Source: Babesia bigemina (lineage: Eukaryota). Taken from it: a stretch of 64,000 nt of DNA. Positions within the stretch are counted from its first letter, which is position 1, and each line of letters starts with the position of its first letter. A model generated the notes under the pieces. That model saw nothing but the letters and a program-made list of their open reading frames with translations, did no database searches and was not told the DNA's origin. Made by a program: the position numbers and the translations under genes. Shown piece by piece: positions 32,151 to 43,940 of the stretch. The DNA is taken from contig NC_027217.1 in the NCBI RefSeq assembly GCF_000981445.1, positions 992,001 to 1,056,000 of the forward strand, given 5' to 3'.

Positions 32151-32613
32151 TTAGATGGTAACCTCTACATCGACCCCGGGGTCCAGAGGGAACGAGGTAA
32201 TCTGGCAGACAACCTCGCTGGACGAGTGGAGGCTGATGACGCGCTTGTACACGCGGGCCTGGAACCTGTCCCAGGTGTTGGTACCTAAGAATATATTTGA
32301 ATTTACGCGTTCGCAACATACCTTCACCGACGGGCGATTTGCGGGTCGTAATACGAAGGGTCCTGACGGGCATCCTGACGGGGCCCATAACCCTGAGGTC
32401 CTTCTCCTTGGCACCGTTGATGAGCTCCTTGCACGCTGCACATCATATTAGAAATAGTATTTAAAACGCGACGCGCGAGATTACAGCCGTACACATACCC
32501 TTTTCGATGGCCTTGAGGTTCATCGAGGTCAGGGTGACGCGGATTTTGTGGATGCGATTGCTATCGTCGTGGTCGCCGTGAGCCTTAAAATCCTTAGCTG
32601 CGACGTCCTCCAT
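32151..32613 (-). CDS. RPS20: 40S ribosomal protein S20 (uS10), 3 exons
   Basis: [18 protein letters not shown]/...[40 protein letters not shown]...PGVDVEVTI. Confidence 0.96.
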
Positions 32614-33339
32614 CTTGCTTAGTGTGGAAATAATAGTAGCGTGGAGAGAGTGTCAAAGGACCGGTCGCCACAGCGTGATGGGGCTAAGGGCCGCCCTAAC
32701 ACTCAAGACCTAAGGAACACCAAAGCGTCCACTCTGCTGCGTTACCACACTATTCTTCCTACATTGGCGCGTTGCGCTATATTGTAAGGCCGTCAAGGCC
32801 GCCGTAATTGGCAGACCCGTCAAACAAGTGCTTGTCACGTTTCCCGACGACAGGGAATCATACAGCAAAGTTTTCAGACTAACTCACTAATAGTGATTTT
32901 GGTGGATTTACCAAAAAGGTAAAGCTACGGTGGAGTTAATGCGGAGTCGGCGGTAACCCGCTGCTCGACGCTGTCGTTACGCCTCGCTTTGGCGCGTACT
33001 ACACTAAGTCGTGACGCGGACATTGTTACTCATCACGATATAATGAAGAGGCAGTGCTGTCGTTGCGGTTTTATCGGTAATGGTCATTCACCATTAACGG
33101 CGGAAACACGTATCGAAGTTTGCATTATTAGCATACCGTGCCTTTGAAGAACGCAATTCATCAACATTTTAATTTTGATTTATAGAGGCACTTTGATGCT
33201 CTTTCCATCTGTGCACGTCGGGTGTGCAGTGGATGTGCGGATGAGGATGTCGCAAGTGCTATGAGCCGCGTATGTGTGGCGGCACATGAAATTCCCTATC
33301 ACCGGTACATTATATTTATAACAATATAATTCTTTCAAA

Positions 33340-34152
33340 ATGCAGTGCTGTTCTAGGGACACTCGTCTAATGGACGAGGAGATCGACACCCAAGACGTGC
33401 AGGTCAGGACAATCGGTACCGTTGCCGACCGTTCAAGGGCTCAGGAAATCGGCCAGAACGTCGAGAGGCAATGGGTAGGTTTACATGCACATAAATCTTT
33501 AAAATTTTATCCTACTTTGCACGTATTGCCGTGTAATGACTATTCCGAATGATCAGAGCTATATAGTGTCCTAAATTATACCTATATTCTCCGGTACGCA
33601 CCTCTTTTTAATGGCTTTTGGTGTTTTTTGGTGCATCACCGTTTTGTGGCACTTTTGCATGTTCAGCTCTGAATGTGTTTACAGGTCGCTGTCACCACCT
33701 ACCAGCCCGTTGATACCATCACCAAGACTGTGGAGATTCCAGTCGTCAAGACCGTTGAACGTGTTGTTCCTAAGCCTGTAATCCAGGAGCGCGTAATTCA
33801 AGTGCCCCGCGAGGTAACCCAGGTCGTTGAGAAGGTGGTCGAAATCCCGGATGTGAAGTTCGTCGAGAAGATCATTGAGGTTCCACAGGTCCAATACCGC
33901 AACAAGCTCGTGCCGAAGGTGGAGGTCGTTGAGAAGATCGTGGAGAAGCCGCAGATCATTGAGCAGTGGACTGAGCGCAAGGTCGAGGTTCCCCAGATTA
34001 AGGAAGTTGTGCGTTACAAGGAGATTGACGAGACTGAGGAGATCATCCGCTACTACCCGAAGGGACACGGCAACATTGACTGGGACAAGGAGTGCGAAAA
34101 GGCTCACATCATGATTCCCAACGAAGTCACGGAGTCCAAGGCCGCTCAATAA
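33340..34152 (+). CDS. IMC1c: Alveolin / inner membrane complex protein (IMC1c/ALV5-like)
   Basis: N-terminal MQCC (palmitoylation-type), VERQW/VAVTTYQPVDTITKTVEIP across intron 33475-33684, and EKIVEVP-type alveolin repeats. Confidence 0.88.
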
Positions 34153-34566
34153 ACGGAGGCAACTGATTAAAGCTGTGATATGAAAGCCTGTGGTGTCGTG
34201 ATTATTACACATGGCCTTCATTACACTGTAAAAATGTAACACAACAGATCCGAACTGCATGGGGGTAAATCTCATGTCGTAATGGACTTATCTTGTACTA
34301 TTTGTACCACTAATATCTGATTGGGCGCATTTGGGGCTTTGAGTTGGGGCATAGATACGTGTGTTGGTTTAATTCATACTTCCGGTTTTACGTTATAAGC
34401 GCTATTTGCCGTCATTGACTGCGTTATGTTGTCGAAGTTGACCTGGTTACTGTCATCCGCCGACGCACGTTTTGTTGTACATCACCTGCAGTGAGTTGAG
34501 GGTTGCAAGTTATTGAGCAAACAGAATTTTCAGGATTTCCTGTTGACAATAAATGCAGTGACAAAA

Positions 34567-35201
34567 GAAGTAGCCGATAGAATCCACGCAGTACTCGGGA
34601 GGCAAATAGGACTATCCAAGGAGACGATAGACGCCCACAAGATCGAGAGTGAAGTGCATGGAAAATACAGATGGATCGCGTACGACAAGACGGTCAAGTT
34701 TCAGAAGACTAAGGAATACAACAGACCAGACATCATCCTGGCGGATCGGCGGAGGAACACCATAACCATCGTGGAGATAGGAATCAGCAATCAATATAAC
34801 CTAGTGGATACGGAGTTCAAGAAGCACAAGTGTGAAGACATTATCGAAGACCTCGAGGCGCGACAGTTCAACCAGCAGACCAAGATCCGGGTTATCCCCT
34901 AGGTTATGACGTGGGAGGGAATAGTGACAAAGGAGCACAGCAAGTGTAGACGCGACCTGGGCATATCGGATAGCATGAACGCCCACATACAAATAACGGT
35001 GATCCGAGAAACACATAAAATAGTGATGAGGGACATGAAACCGAGAGAATACTACGATTCTGTAGAAGACCCGCAGGCCCAAACTGGATGGATGGCCGCA
35101 TGGATGGCACCAGTGACGATCGGCAATGGACCGACGTGGATCCCGCAGCCAGTATCAGCGTGAGGCAGCAGTCTCGTAAAATCGAAAACCGGCTCAAGGC
35201 A
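34567..35201 (+). mobile_element. Decayed, 5'-truncated non-LTR retrotransposon fragment encoding a restriction-like endonuclease (RLE) domain
   Basis: One frame reads EVADRIH...WIAYDKTV...YNRPDIILADRRRNTITIVEIGIS...KKHKCED...RVIP*VMTWEGIVTKEH...LGISD...IQ, with a single in-frame TAG at 34900-34902. The PD...E...K spacing is typical of the C-terminal RLE of R2/R4/NeSL-type elements. The 3' part is repeated at 435-580. Confidence 0.85.
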
Positions 35202-35275
35202 AGTTAAATGGGGTGTTTTAGGAGGTTATTCGTCGAATTCGGGTAGGTAATGTGCTGTCTCAAGAGGCGTCAACA

Positions 35276-35300
35276 GGGCGTTGAGGGGGGAAGGGATGGG
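35276..35300 (+). other. Canonical G-quadruplex-forming motif
   Basis: GGG-CGTTGA-GGGGGG-AA-GGG-AT-GGG fits G3+N1-7 x4 and lies inside a purine-rich tract (about 35205-35370). Confidence 0.6.
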
Positions 35301-35601
35301 AAGTTAACGGGAGAGAAGATTGTTAGGGTGGATTTAAAAGATTTCAGGGGTGATTGGAATGTGGATGTAAGTGTAAAATCATCGCTCTGGTCTTCCACCT
35401 AGTAATCATCATGATCAATCATTATCGGTTCGCCCATAATTGTCCAATGCAATCTGTCGACTTGGCTGGTCAGCGGCTCACTGGTCACCCAATGATGCAC
35501 GCTTACGAAACAATTAATAACCCGTCAATAGACAAACATTGTGCTGTTGATATACAATACTGTGAGCCATTTGCGATAATAGAAAATTGGGGAGTTGATT
35601 A

Positions 35602-36149
35602 CTATGTGCGATACAGCACGTTCATTTTTCGGGATCGAAAATTGCGGAACTCGTGTAATGACCGCATGCTAAAGACACTTATGACGCATACGACTAAGAG
35701 GGTGAGGGTGATCAACACGAATACCATGACGATGGGATGACGGAGGGGGAAGCGTTGTCATCGGTGGAATACGGTGCACTAGAGTGAGATGCAGCACGCG
35801 CTGTACTGCTGGGATGGTTAGTGCGGGCGGCAGACGGGCCAGTCCCTCTCCTACTTTGGCAACATTTACATTCACAGGTGGGGTTGCTACACGTTTTGCA
35901 CTGTTTTTCACATGCTGTGGCACTGCAGTTGTAAACTTCGTCGCCTCTTCTGCGCAAAAAAGAAAATTTGAAACATTCAATGCACTTGCTATTACGATTA
36001 CATCCTGTACAACACCACGGACAGCAATTACAAAGCTCAAATTGTCTACATCCATTATCACACTTGATACACGGCTCGCCCCTCATCTTTTCCACCCCCT
36101 CCCTTCTCAACCTACAATACCGTAAAACACGTACCTCAGCCTCGGACAC
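35602..36149 (-). pseudogene. Cys-rich ectodomain, linker and TM protein fragment with a 1-nt frameshift (VESA-like Cys/Lys-rich character)
   Basis: ORF 35712-36149 has dense CxxC/CxCC clusters and a Ser/Ala/Pro linker. Adding one C to the CCC run near 35735 continues into PIVMVFVLITLTLLVVCVISVFSMRSLHEFRNFRSRKMNVLYRT* (stop 35602-35604). No clear ATG or signal peptide. Confidence 0.55.
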
Positions 36150-37492
36150 TGGCGCCGCCTCTCATCGGCCTTACGGTAGCGGTCGGACGACCGCCATCCA
36201 GCGCACCGCCAGTTACATCACAACTATGCAGGTACCACGACCTCAAAACGTTTAAGTAACGCATGTAGCTGGTATCCTTGCCTTGACATGCAGGTCATTC
36301 GACACCAGTTGCGCATCCAACTCATGCAACACTGACCGTCCAATGATGCCAGCGCTTAGAAGTACCATAAAAGTGATGCTTCGATAAGTTACTATGTACG
36401 CTACAATGCGTTATTAATATGTTTATCATCTACACTGTGACCCCCAATGTCACATGACAACGCCGTAAACAGGCCATCACTTCATAATCCCGGAGACATT
36501 GCTTAATGACGTGCATTGCTGACGTCGGGGCTAATGACTATGCAAAGTGTATGGCAGCTCACCTGATACGGTAATCGCCAGTTGTCTTCCTTGGAAGACG
36601 GCACGGCATCACATGACACTGGCACGGCGGGACGACGACGATACGTCTCACAAATAACGCATAACACAACGTTACAAGCAATCAACGCATCGATACATTG
36701 CCAGCCAAATTGATGGTGATGTGCTAGTTAAGACATTTGATTAGGTGGTGGGTTAGACCCAAGGTGGGGTGATGAGTGACGTGGCTCCTTGGGTAACAAC
36801 TTATGAAACACGCTAGGTAGTACGTCTAGGCGGAGTCCTCAAGGTTGTGGATATACTAACGTTAAGCACTTATGCGGTGGCACGTGACGGTCATATGTGG
36901 CAGGCGTACAGCACCAAAAAGATATCGCAACACTAGTAATGCACATAAATTGGGATCATTACTATGTTATGCTAAGTAACTCATCAGCATAGTAGTAGCA
37001 GTAGTAATCGTATTGTGAGCAATTTTCCGCTTTGAGTAAGTAGTGCCCTGACGTCTATGTGGCGATAAGCTCACGTAGTCAAGAGGTGGGAATGGGCGAT
37101 GAGTGTTAAAATATAGTGTCAATCCAGGTCATAAGATTTGCAATAGGCTGACCGTTGACAACGGCTTCCAAAGTTTAGAGGGTATACGAACACGTGTATG
37201 GAGACTTCGATATACCCTCCGGCGACGTCATGTCCGTGAAATCAGCAGGCGGGAAAGAACTTAACTGGAGTTGGAAGATTCACCAATACGGGGGTACATA
37301 ACTGCATTGATGAAAACGCACCCGAGATTATCCCAGTTGGGGAAGCGGTCGTGCGAAGTATATCAAATAAAGCCCCAGCTAGACACTTCAAAGGCATTAC
37401 GAAAAACAGCAATCATACCGCCTTCTGACGTTCGTGCTCAGCATCGTTGAAGAGCAATAATGTGCCAAGAGGTCTTATCATCATAACACAGG

Positions 37493-39218
37493 CTATTTCG
37501 AGAATCCACCTTGATGCCAACTTGGACGTTCAGAACGCAAAAAGGCAGTTAAATCTTCTGGTGCCACAATCTCATCGCTATCTCTGTCTCCAGCACGGTC
37601 CAATATGTCTTTCATTTCCTCTTCTGGATCTTTCACTTCCACTTCCACTACTCTAGATTTTGACTCTGGCTCGTCTGGGAGTTTATCGATCGGTATTTCA
37701 TCTAACGTTTGCTTACGAAATTGCCTCGCTTCGTGCCTTTCTTCCCTTTCCTTCCATTCCACAACATTTTTCTGTTCAACAACCTTCTTATCCTCCTTAT
37801 ACGTGGCAAAAAGAGCGCCATAGCAAGCTATGTTCAGCAGTGATCCAATTACGATCATGTACATGGTCGACTTTCTCAGGGCCTCGGTGTTGTTATCTTT
37901 GAGAGCCGCGTCCATGTCATCAATTGCCTGTGTTGACGGGGCGTAACCATGCAGCTTCTCTGACACGTACGCGAAGATCTCGACGAAACTTATGCTGATC
38001 GATATTCCTGATATGCACTGGATGATGGCAGATGCGCTAGCTTGGTACTTGTCCTCGATTACTTTCCTCATAATAGGTCTATCTACGCCACCAACCGTTA
38101 CCAAAGTCGCACCTAGAACCGCGAACTCTATGTAGTGGTACCACATCAGACGCCCATCTGGCGCCGGCGAGACGAAGAACAACACACAAACTATTAATCG
38201 CACACCCATCACAACGATGCCGGCAATAAGCTCGCCATAATCTTTATGCATACTTGTAATATTTTCAATAACTATTCCTCCAGCCGCAGTCCCTGCTGCG
38301 CCACCAATCGTAGTGACCACTATGGCAATACCCACCTTCAGGTCAGACACTCCGAGGTATTCCAGGTACGTGATCATGTACGGTAGGGTGCACATCGGAG
38401 CTTCCGCAATCAACATAGTAAATATACACAGAAATGCAGACCAATTTGTAAAAACTGCGGAAAAGGCTCCAGATATTTGCTGGATGACACCCATCATGGA
38501 ATTATACGGAGATATGAGTTCCTTCGGAGTTGTCATTACAAATATGATCGCTATGCCAATAGAAATCCACACGTAACCCAACACAATGTATGAAACGCGC
38601 CAGCCGATAAACCCCAGCAGGATGTTTTGCGCAGCCTCCGTGGTTATTGCAGCACACAACATACGGCCGATGCAATTCAGCGCATGAAGACGGGTGAACG
38701 TGCTGCTGCTGCTGTTGCGATCATCGTCATCATCCCTATCCGAGATAATTTTCTGCTGAACTGGGTAGATGCAGCCGAATGCAGCGCCGTGTAAGAAACG
38801 CAGGAAGAGGATCTGCAGAACCATCAGCAGAGCAATGTTTGCAACCTACCGACGAATACCGTGACGTTGAGCTTAGCAGTATTGAGGCGATGCCCATGAA
38901 TAATAACCCAGCAGACATCACCAAGTTAGTTTCAAACGCATCCGCCAGCAACCCCCAAACAAGTGAGAAGCACAACCGCGACATGATAGACACAGTCATC
39001 AGCATTGTCTGCTGCTGCTTGGTGAAACCCATAGTTGACTCGAAAAGCCGCATGCACAAGTACAACACTTGTTGCTCGTAGCCCTCAGTGAAAGACACCA
39101 GGTGGTACAACACCTGACCAAACGTGCCATAGTCTTCAGTTTGTTTCTCCACTTTTTTTTCATCTTCCACGTGGGCTACTGCAGGGTCTGCAGATGATGT
39201 TATTTGTGGCTCAGACAT
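37493..39218 (-). CDS. Major facilitator superfamily transporter, 2 exons
   Basis: VWGLLADAF (MFS motif A), intron 38813-38849 (37 nt), ILFLRFLHG (motif B), about 12 TM segments and a charged C-terminal tail. Confidence 0.9.
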
Positions 39219-41462
39219 CGTTCTACACTAATAGTCGCTTATCATCTTCGGATGGGCTTCAATGTAAACCGCTATTCATGACGCGTAACGAATAAATTAG
39301 AATGTGAACTACATTATATGACATATATGGTATTATATTTCTCAGCTGATCGATGCGATATAATCGCCCGGTGTAGAATTAGAGGCAACATATCACGTGA
39401 CCCATAATACCATGACCAACGACATCGTTATATACACATTACGTTGCACCACAGAAGAACACATAGAAATTTACCTAAAATTTAGGGAGCTAAAGCAATA
39501 GCTTATAATGATGAATAAGTAAAATAAAAAGATATTCACTTATGTAAAATATGCGTAGATCCTGGTCTTATAACCGCTCCGTTTGACGTCACAAAACTAC
39601 TTTCATCTACAATATCAAAACATTCTAACTGGAAATGTTTGTGTTCAGTCAATCTCTTAAGCTATTATATTACTGTGTCTGACTAACTAATCGGTGAGGG
39701 TGAAAGATTGGATTAAGCATCTCGATGAGAGTTGCAATACGTGGGCATGTTGCAATGGGAGATCCAGCACGGACTTCGTGAGCGCGGCTTACATGTGGGT
39801 TCACAGCGACGTAGTTAGCACAGGAGAAGACACGGGATAGTGCTATACATAAGCGATTTTGGTATTCGGTGAAATCCACAAAATTTATCGCATCCACCTC
39901 GCAAGGTTACGTTGAAGCAAATGCATCCACAAATCAGCTTCTATCCGTATTGTTCGTAATAGTATAAGGTCGCATTGGGATATATTAATACCTTTGATCA
40001 CCCTTCCACCCCGCTCAAGCGCTAGTTTTCCCACTTTCGACATGTGGTTGCTGTGTAATTCAGCACACAATCATGTTTGATTATCCGTTATGTACGCATA
40101 ATTTGTTCTCTGTCTACGTCCTTATGATACGAAGCTTTGGGGCAAATTGTGGTTTGTGCAGTGCTGATCCAGTTTTTAACCTGCAAATATTTCATTCCGG
40201 ACTTTACAGCACTTATAACGCGTGTCAGACTGTATAAGTAGATCTTGAAAGCCAACTGCCATCGTCCCATCACACGTCCCTCCAATGTACACCGAATAGC
40301 GTTTCAACGTAGCGCATATACACCGCATCATGCTGGCCCCATTTAAGCGGTGACTCGTAGTATGCAGAGCACCAAGTACGCGTATGAGATAATGCTGTAT
40401 CTGAATATTGAATCCAAATAGTCTGACTTCTGACCCTTCCAAACTAGGTATCATCCATCCTCTCACCGGACAAATTACTATATTTTATAGACCCCAGCAA
40501 TCATTTCCATACTAAGTATTTGATTGTCAGTGTCATGTCTTTGTAAACTGGGAAAGGTTGAGTAGACCGGTCAACCTCTCCCTAGTGTTTACCTACCACC
40601 TGTTAGGAGCATTAGGCCCACCCCAAAACACGGCAAGCCAGTTGACTAGATAACCCTCTAAATCTTTACAAACACTCTTATGTACAAGGTTCAGCTTCCG
40701 CATAGTCATGACGTTAGAACAAATCTACGGATTCCGACAAAAAGCCTCATCCAAATTCTAACGTGATCTACCTCCTCATTGAACCGACCGTCTTGGAGCC
40801 TATGCCACTGACTTCCGTCACTAACTCAATTTCGCACATCTTCGTCTCATTCCTGGTACACAAGATCCCATTGTGAGTCACATCGTGCTTTCCCATCCCG
40901 CTGTGAGGTACGTTGGTGGCTCCGGTGAGACCTAGAACCAGTTGTTTCGGAAGGGTCAGATATAATTCACTTTTACAGTATATAAGATTTTATGGAGTGC
41001 GCTATGAACAAATAATGATTATACTAAATCATTCTTGTGTCTCATCACCGATGATCCAACACAGCAAGGTGCCTGGTGGTGGTTGCTTGCCAAGATTTGT
41101 AAAATAAATAACGTCCGACACTACGTGCCGAGTAATACTCATTGCTACGTATTAAAGGCGTCGTCTATTTTACAAATTGTGATCATACGTGGATATGGCC
41201 GCATCCGACCTCCGCCAATTCTCTCGCACCAACTGAACTACCAAGACTTGGTGAGGCATATTTTAATGTAAACCTAATGAACAGACATAATGCATCACAC
41301 GGAAGTTATTTACACGGAAATATGATATTAGATCGGTAACTACAGTAATTTCTACAAACACCGATGCTGCAGCGGGAGACAGCAACTAACATACCTACCA
41401 ACACGAACTATGACAATTAAAGTGTATGATTGTCAAACAAGTGACCGAATCTGAGCTACTCA

Positions 41463-42355
41463 TTACTTGGAGTAATACTTCTTTATCTGGATGGTGGAAA
41501 GAATGGCGCCCTTGATGGTCACGCAGCGACACTCCAACGGCGGCGCCTGGCGTAGCGTTTCCTCAGGTCCCACGCTTTCTCTGTCGAACCGCAAGGTAAC
41601 GAAGTTGTTGGATGCTGATGCAATCATCGACTTGCTTATTTCTCTTAGGTCCTTCTCTTCACCGTGCACGTAAACCTGGTCGAAGCAGTTAGGTGGATCC
41701 AGGACGTATGGACTTAGGCAGTAGAAGGCCGCTTCTTTAGCAGCCTTGACATGGTAGATGCACATTTCCTCTGTTCAGACAAAGCACTCTCAAAGCAAGT
41801 CCAATCTTTGATGGTTCCCCGGTCTACGGTGTCTTCGCAGTCCAAGGGAAAGCTTGCACTTCGGCGAAGACATGGCGTTGGTAAAGTTGACGTCGCAGTG
41901 CATCATTCAGAACACAATCTTGCTGTCTACAGATGAATATCAACCAGCGCCCGGTTATCGCAACCAATTCATCGGGTGTAACCACAACATGCATTTCCGC
42001 ACATGATCCACTGGATTTAAACTATAAGGTATCAGGCCCGGATTCATTGTCTATTACACGAGACAGGGACGAAACGAAACTCATCATTGTTGATCACGTA
42101 CGCATTGATCTGAAACTCCTCATCTGCAGATGGTTGGGGATTCCATGAATATTTGCTGTGGTTGACCCGACAAGCGCACGTAACAGTTGCATTGTCGAAT
42201 TTATCAACATCCATGTGGTGGGTTGCTAGAGCGTAGGTGCTAAAAGATCCAGGGGGGCCTCCGAAGTTTCAAAGAGGAGCGTCAAGGCATATGATACAAT
42301 ACATACAGATTGGAGAGAATGCCCAAAGAAGTCCCATCAATCCACGTTTGGCAAT
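41463..42355 (-). pseudogene. Internally deleted pseudogene of a secreted Cys-domain (s48/45, 6-Cys-like) multicopy family
   Basis: Mutated start (ATT at 42355) and a signal-peptide-like AKRGLMGLLWAFSPIC; stop at 42271-42269 and further stops; a frameshift near 42060; LIFIC...FPWT..TP*...LNRGNVHLPCQGC; then another frame with AAKEAAFYC..PYVLDPPNCF...PPLECRCVTIKGAILSTIQIKKYYSK*. Family assignment is from memory of Babesia proteins. Confidence 0.7.
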
Positions 42356-43103
42356 GATTATGCGTCATGCCATCGGCCAACAGTATCGTGAATAAGCATC
42401 GCTTTTATACACTTTGGATCTTATGGATACACAAAACTACGAAAACTGTACGACTAAATGTTTGTAAGAATACCATTGCAAAATCTAACTGTATGGTTAG
42501 CTGGATATTCCTCACTTCTCCAACTGTGGTACCCAATAGATGTATCATACTTATATATTTGTGAATCCATCTCTTAATTGTTTTTAAGGTTCTCTGCTGA
42601 GCACAATCCAGATGGCATCATTCAATCATCGTAGCAGTGCATCAGTCATAACATATTTGGCAAAATGGTCAACACCATTTCATCACCATTGCGGATAGTA
42701 TCATAACGCACAACTCTCGATTGACATTAAGCGTACGTAAGCATGCTATACTAGTAAGTTTAGGAGGAGTATTAAACAGGCTATGTTCGAATCAGTGCCT
42801 CATCGGATGTCGTGGTGGGTCACGACCATATACATTCTGTAAAAGGCAGTTACGGAAAGCAATGTGACGGAAACGCTCTGACAAGGAAGCGTTCATCGTA
42901 TGAGTCCCACGCGATGCTTCTACCACGGTCTGTGGTCATAACATGCAAAGCGGAAGCCTTTGGCACTAACAGCGGCTTGAGACTGCACTTGCCGCAGTGC
43001 ACAATGGGCGGCAATAAGCGGCGTGTATCCTGTATAGGGCGTGACGCTCCTTAAAGCCTCCTGCAAAGATGCCCGCAAGACGCTACGCAATTGCGTCCGT
43101 TAT

Positions 43104-43940
43104 TCAGTTTTTGGAATTTTCGGATTCGAATATCTTCTTGTTTATCTTTGCCGCCTCCTCGAACTTTTCCTTGAAGATTCTTGCATGTTCGATATGCCCG
43201 AACTTAAGTGCCATCTGCTCGACCTTGCTCTCATCATCGTAGGTGTTGTTCGCGGTCCACACCCAAATCTTGTCGCTACCGATATTGGGCCTGAGCCTGC
43301 AAAGCGATTCCGTTTCGAGGACGTAGTGATTGGCAACAACTTTGAGGGTTTTTTCCTGCCTCAACAAGAAGCGTATTTTACCCGTTTTTTTGTGCCTCAG
43401 CAGCTTTGACTCGCCCAGACCACGCTCCTTCCACACTTGTTCGCCGTCAGTGTCCGTGGCAAAGCGGTAGAGCTTGGAACGTTGCTGCCAGAACAATTCT
43501 TCATCCTCCTCTCCGGTGACGACTTTGATCTCCTTGACTTCAACCTGATGCAATTATTATCTGTGTGTCGCACTAGGGGAAACAGCAGCGCACATCGCCA
43601 ATGTCAAAAGGTTTAGTACGAAAATCACGAATAACCAGACGTAAACGCGTAAAATACACATAACGCAGCGTATTTTGAACGCATGATGTTTCGCTAAGGA
43701 AGGCTACAGGGGAGGAAACATGCGAACGCTCGTGGCAAGTGCCTAAGTAATGACTTTACTCACCTTGCGTGTGTTCCAATTGCCCTCCACGACTTCTTCT
43801 TCTTCCTCCGCTTGTGGCCGCCGATCCACAGAAGTTCCCTCTGTCTTTGTGTCTTCGCATCCGTTTTCTTCGTTTTGTGTCTGCTCGGGCGTTTCTGCCG
43901 CTCCCGAGGCGACTTCAGCGTCCTTCTTATCGTCACACAT
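43104..43940 (-). CDS. RANBP1: Ran-binding protein 1 (RanBD), 2 exons
   Basis: VVTGEEDEE...RSKLYRF...WKERGLGESKLL...IRFLLRQEKTLKVVANH...WVW...ALKF; acidic first exon 43743-43940. Confidence 0.95.

Noticed and set aside
33685..34060. Repetitive GTCGTTGAGAAG/GAGGTTCC-like units considered as a repeat array
   Set aside because: These are coding alveolin (EKIVEVP) repeats, not a CRISPR or satellite array. No CRISPR, rRNA or tRNA gene was recognised anywhere in the window.
36757..37219. Two hairpins (ACCCAAGG/CCTTGGGT at 36757-36794; GAGGGTATA.CGAA/TTCG.TATACCCTC at 37178-37219)
   Set aside because: Isolated stems with no snoRNA boxes, no terminal-repeat partner and no second copy in the window; compatible with chance.
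39670..40960. Stop-riddled minus-strand frames in the island, including MRKLNLVHKSVCKD, considered as a further retroelement or gene relic
   Set aside because: I could not recognise a convincing RT, thumb or family motif. A tBLASTx search would be needed to decide.
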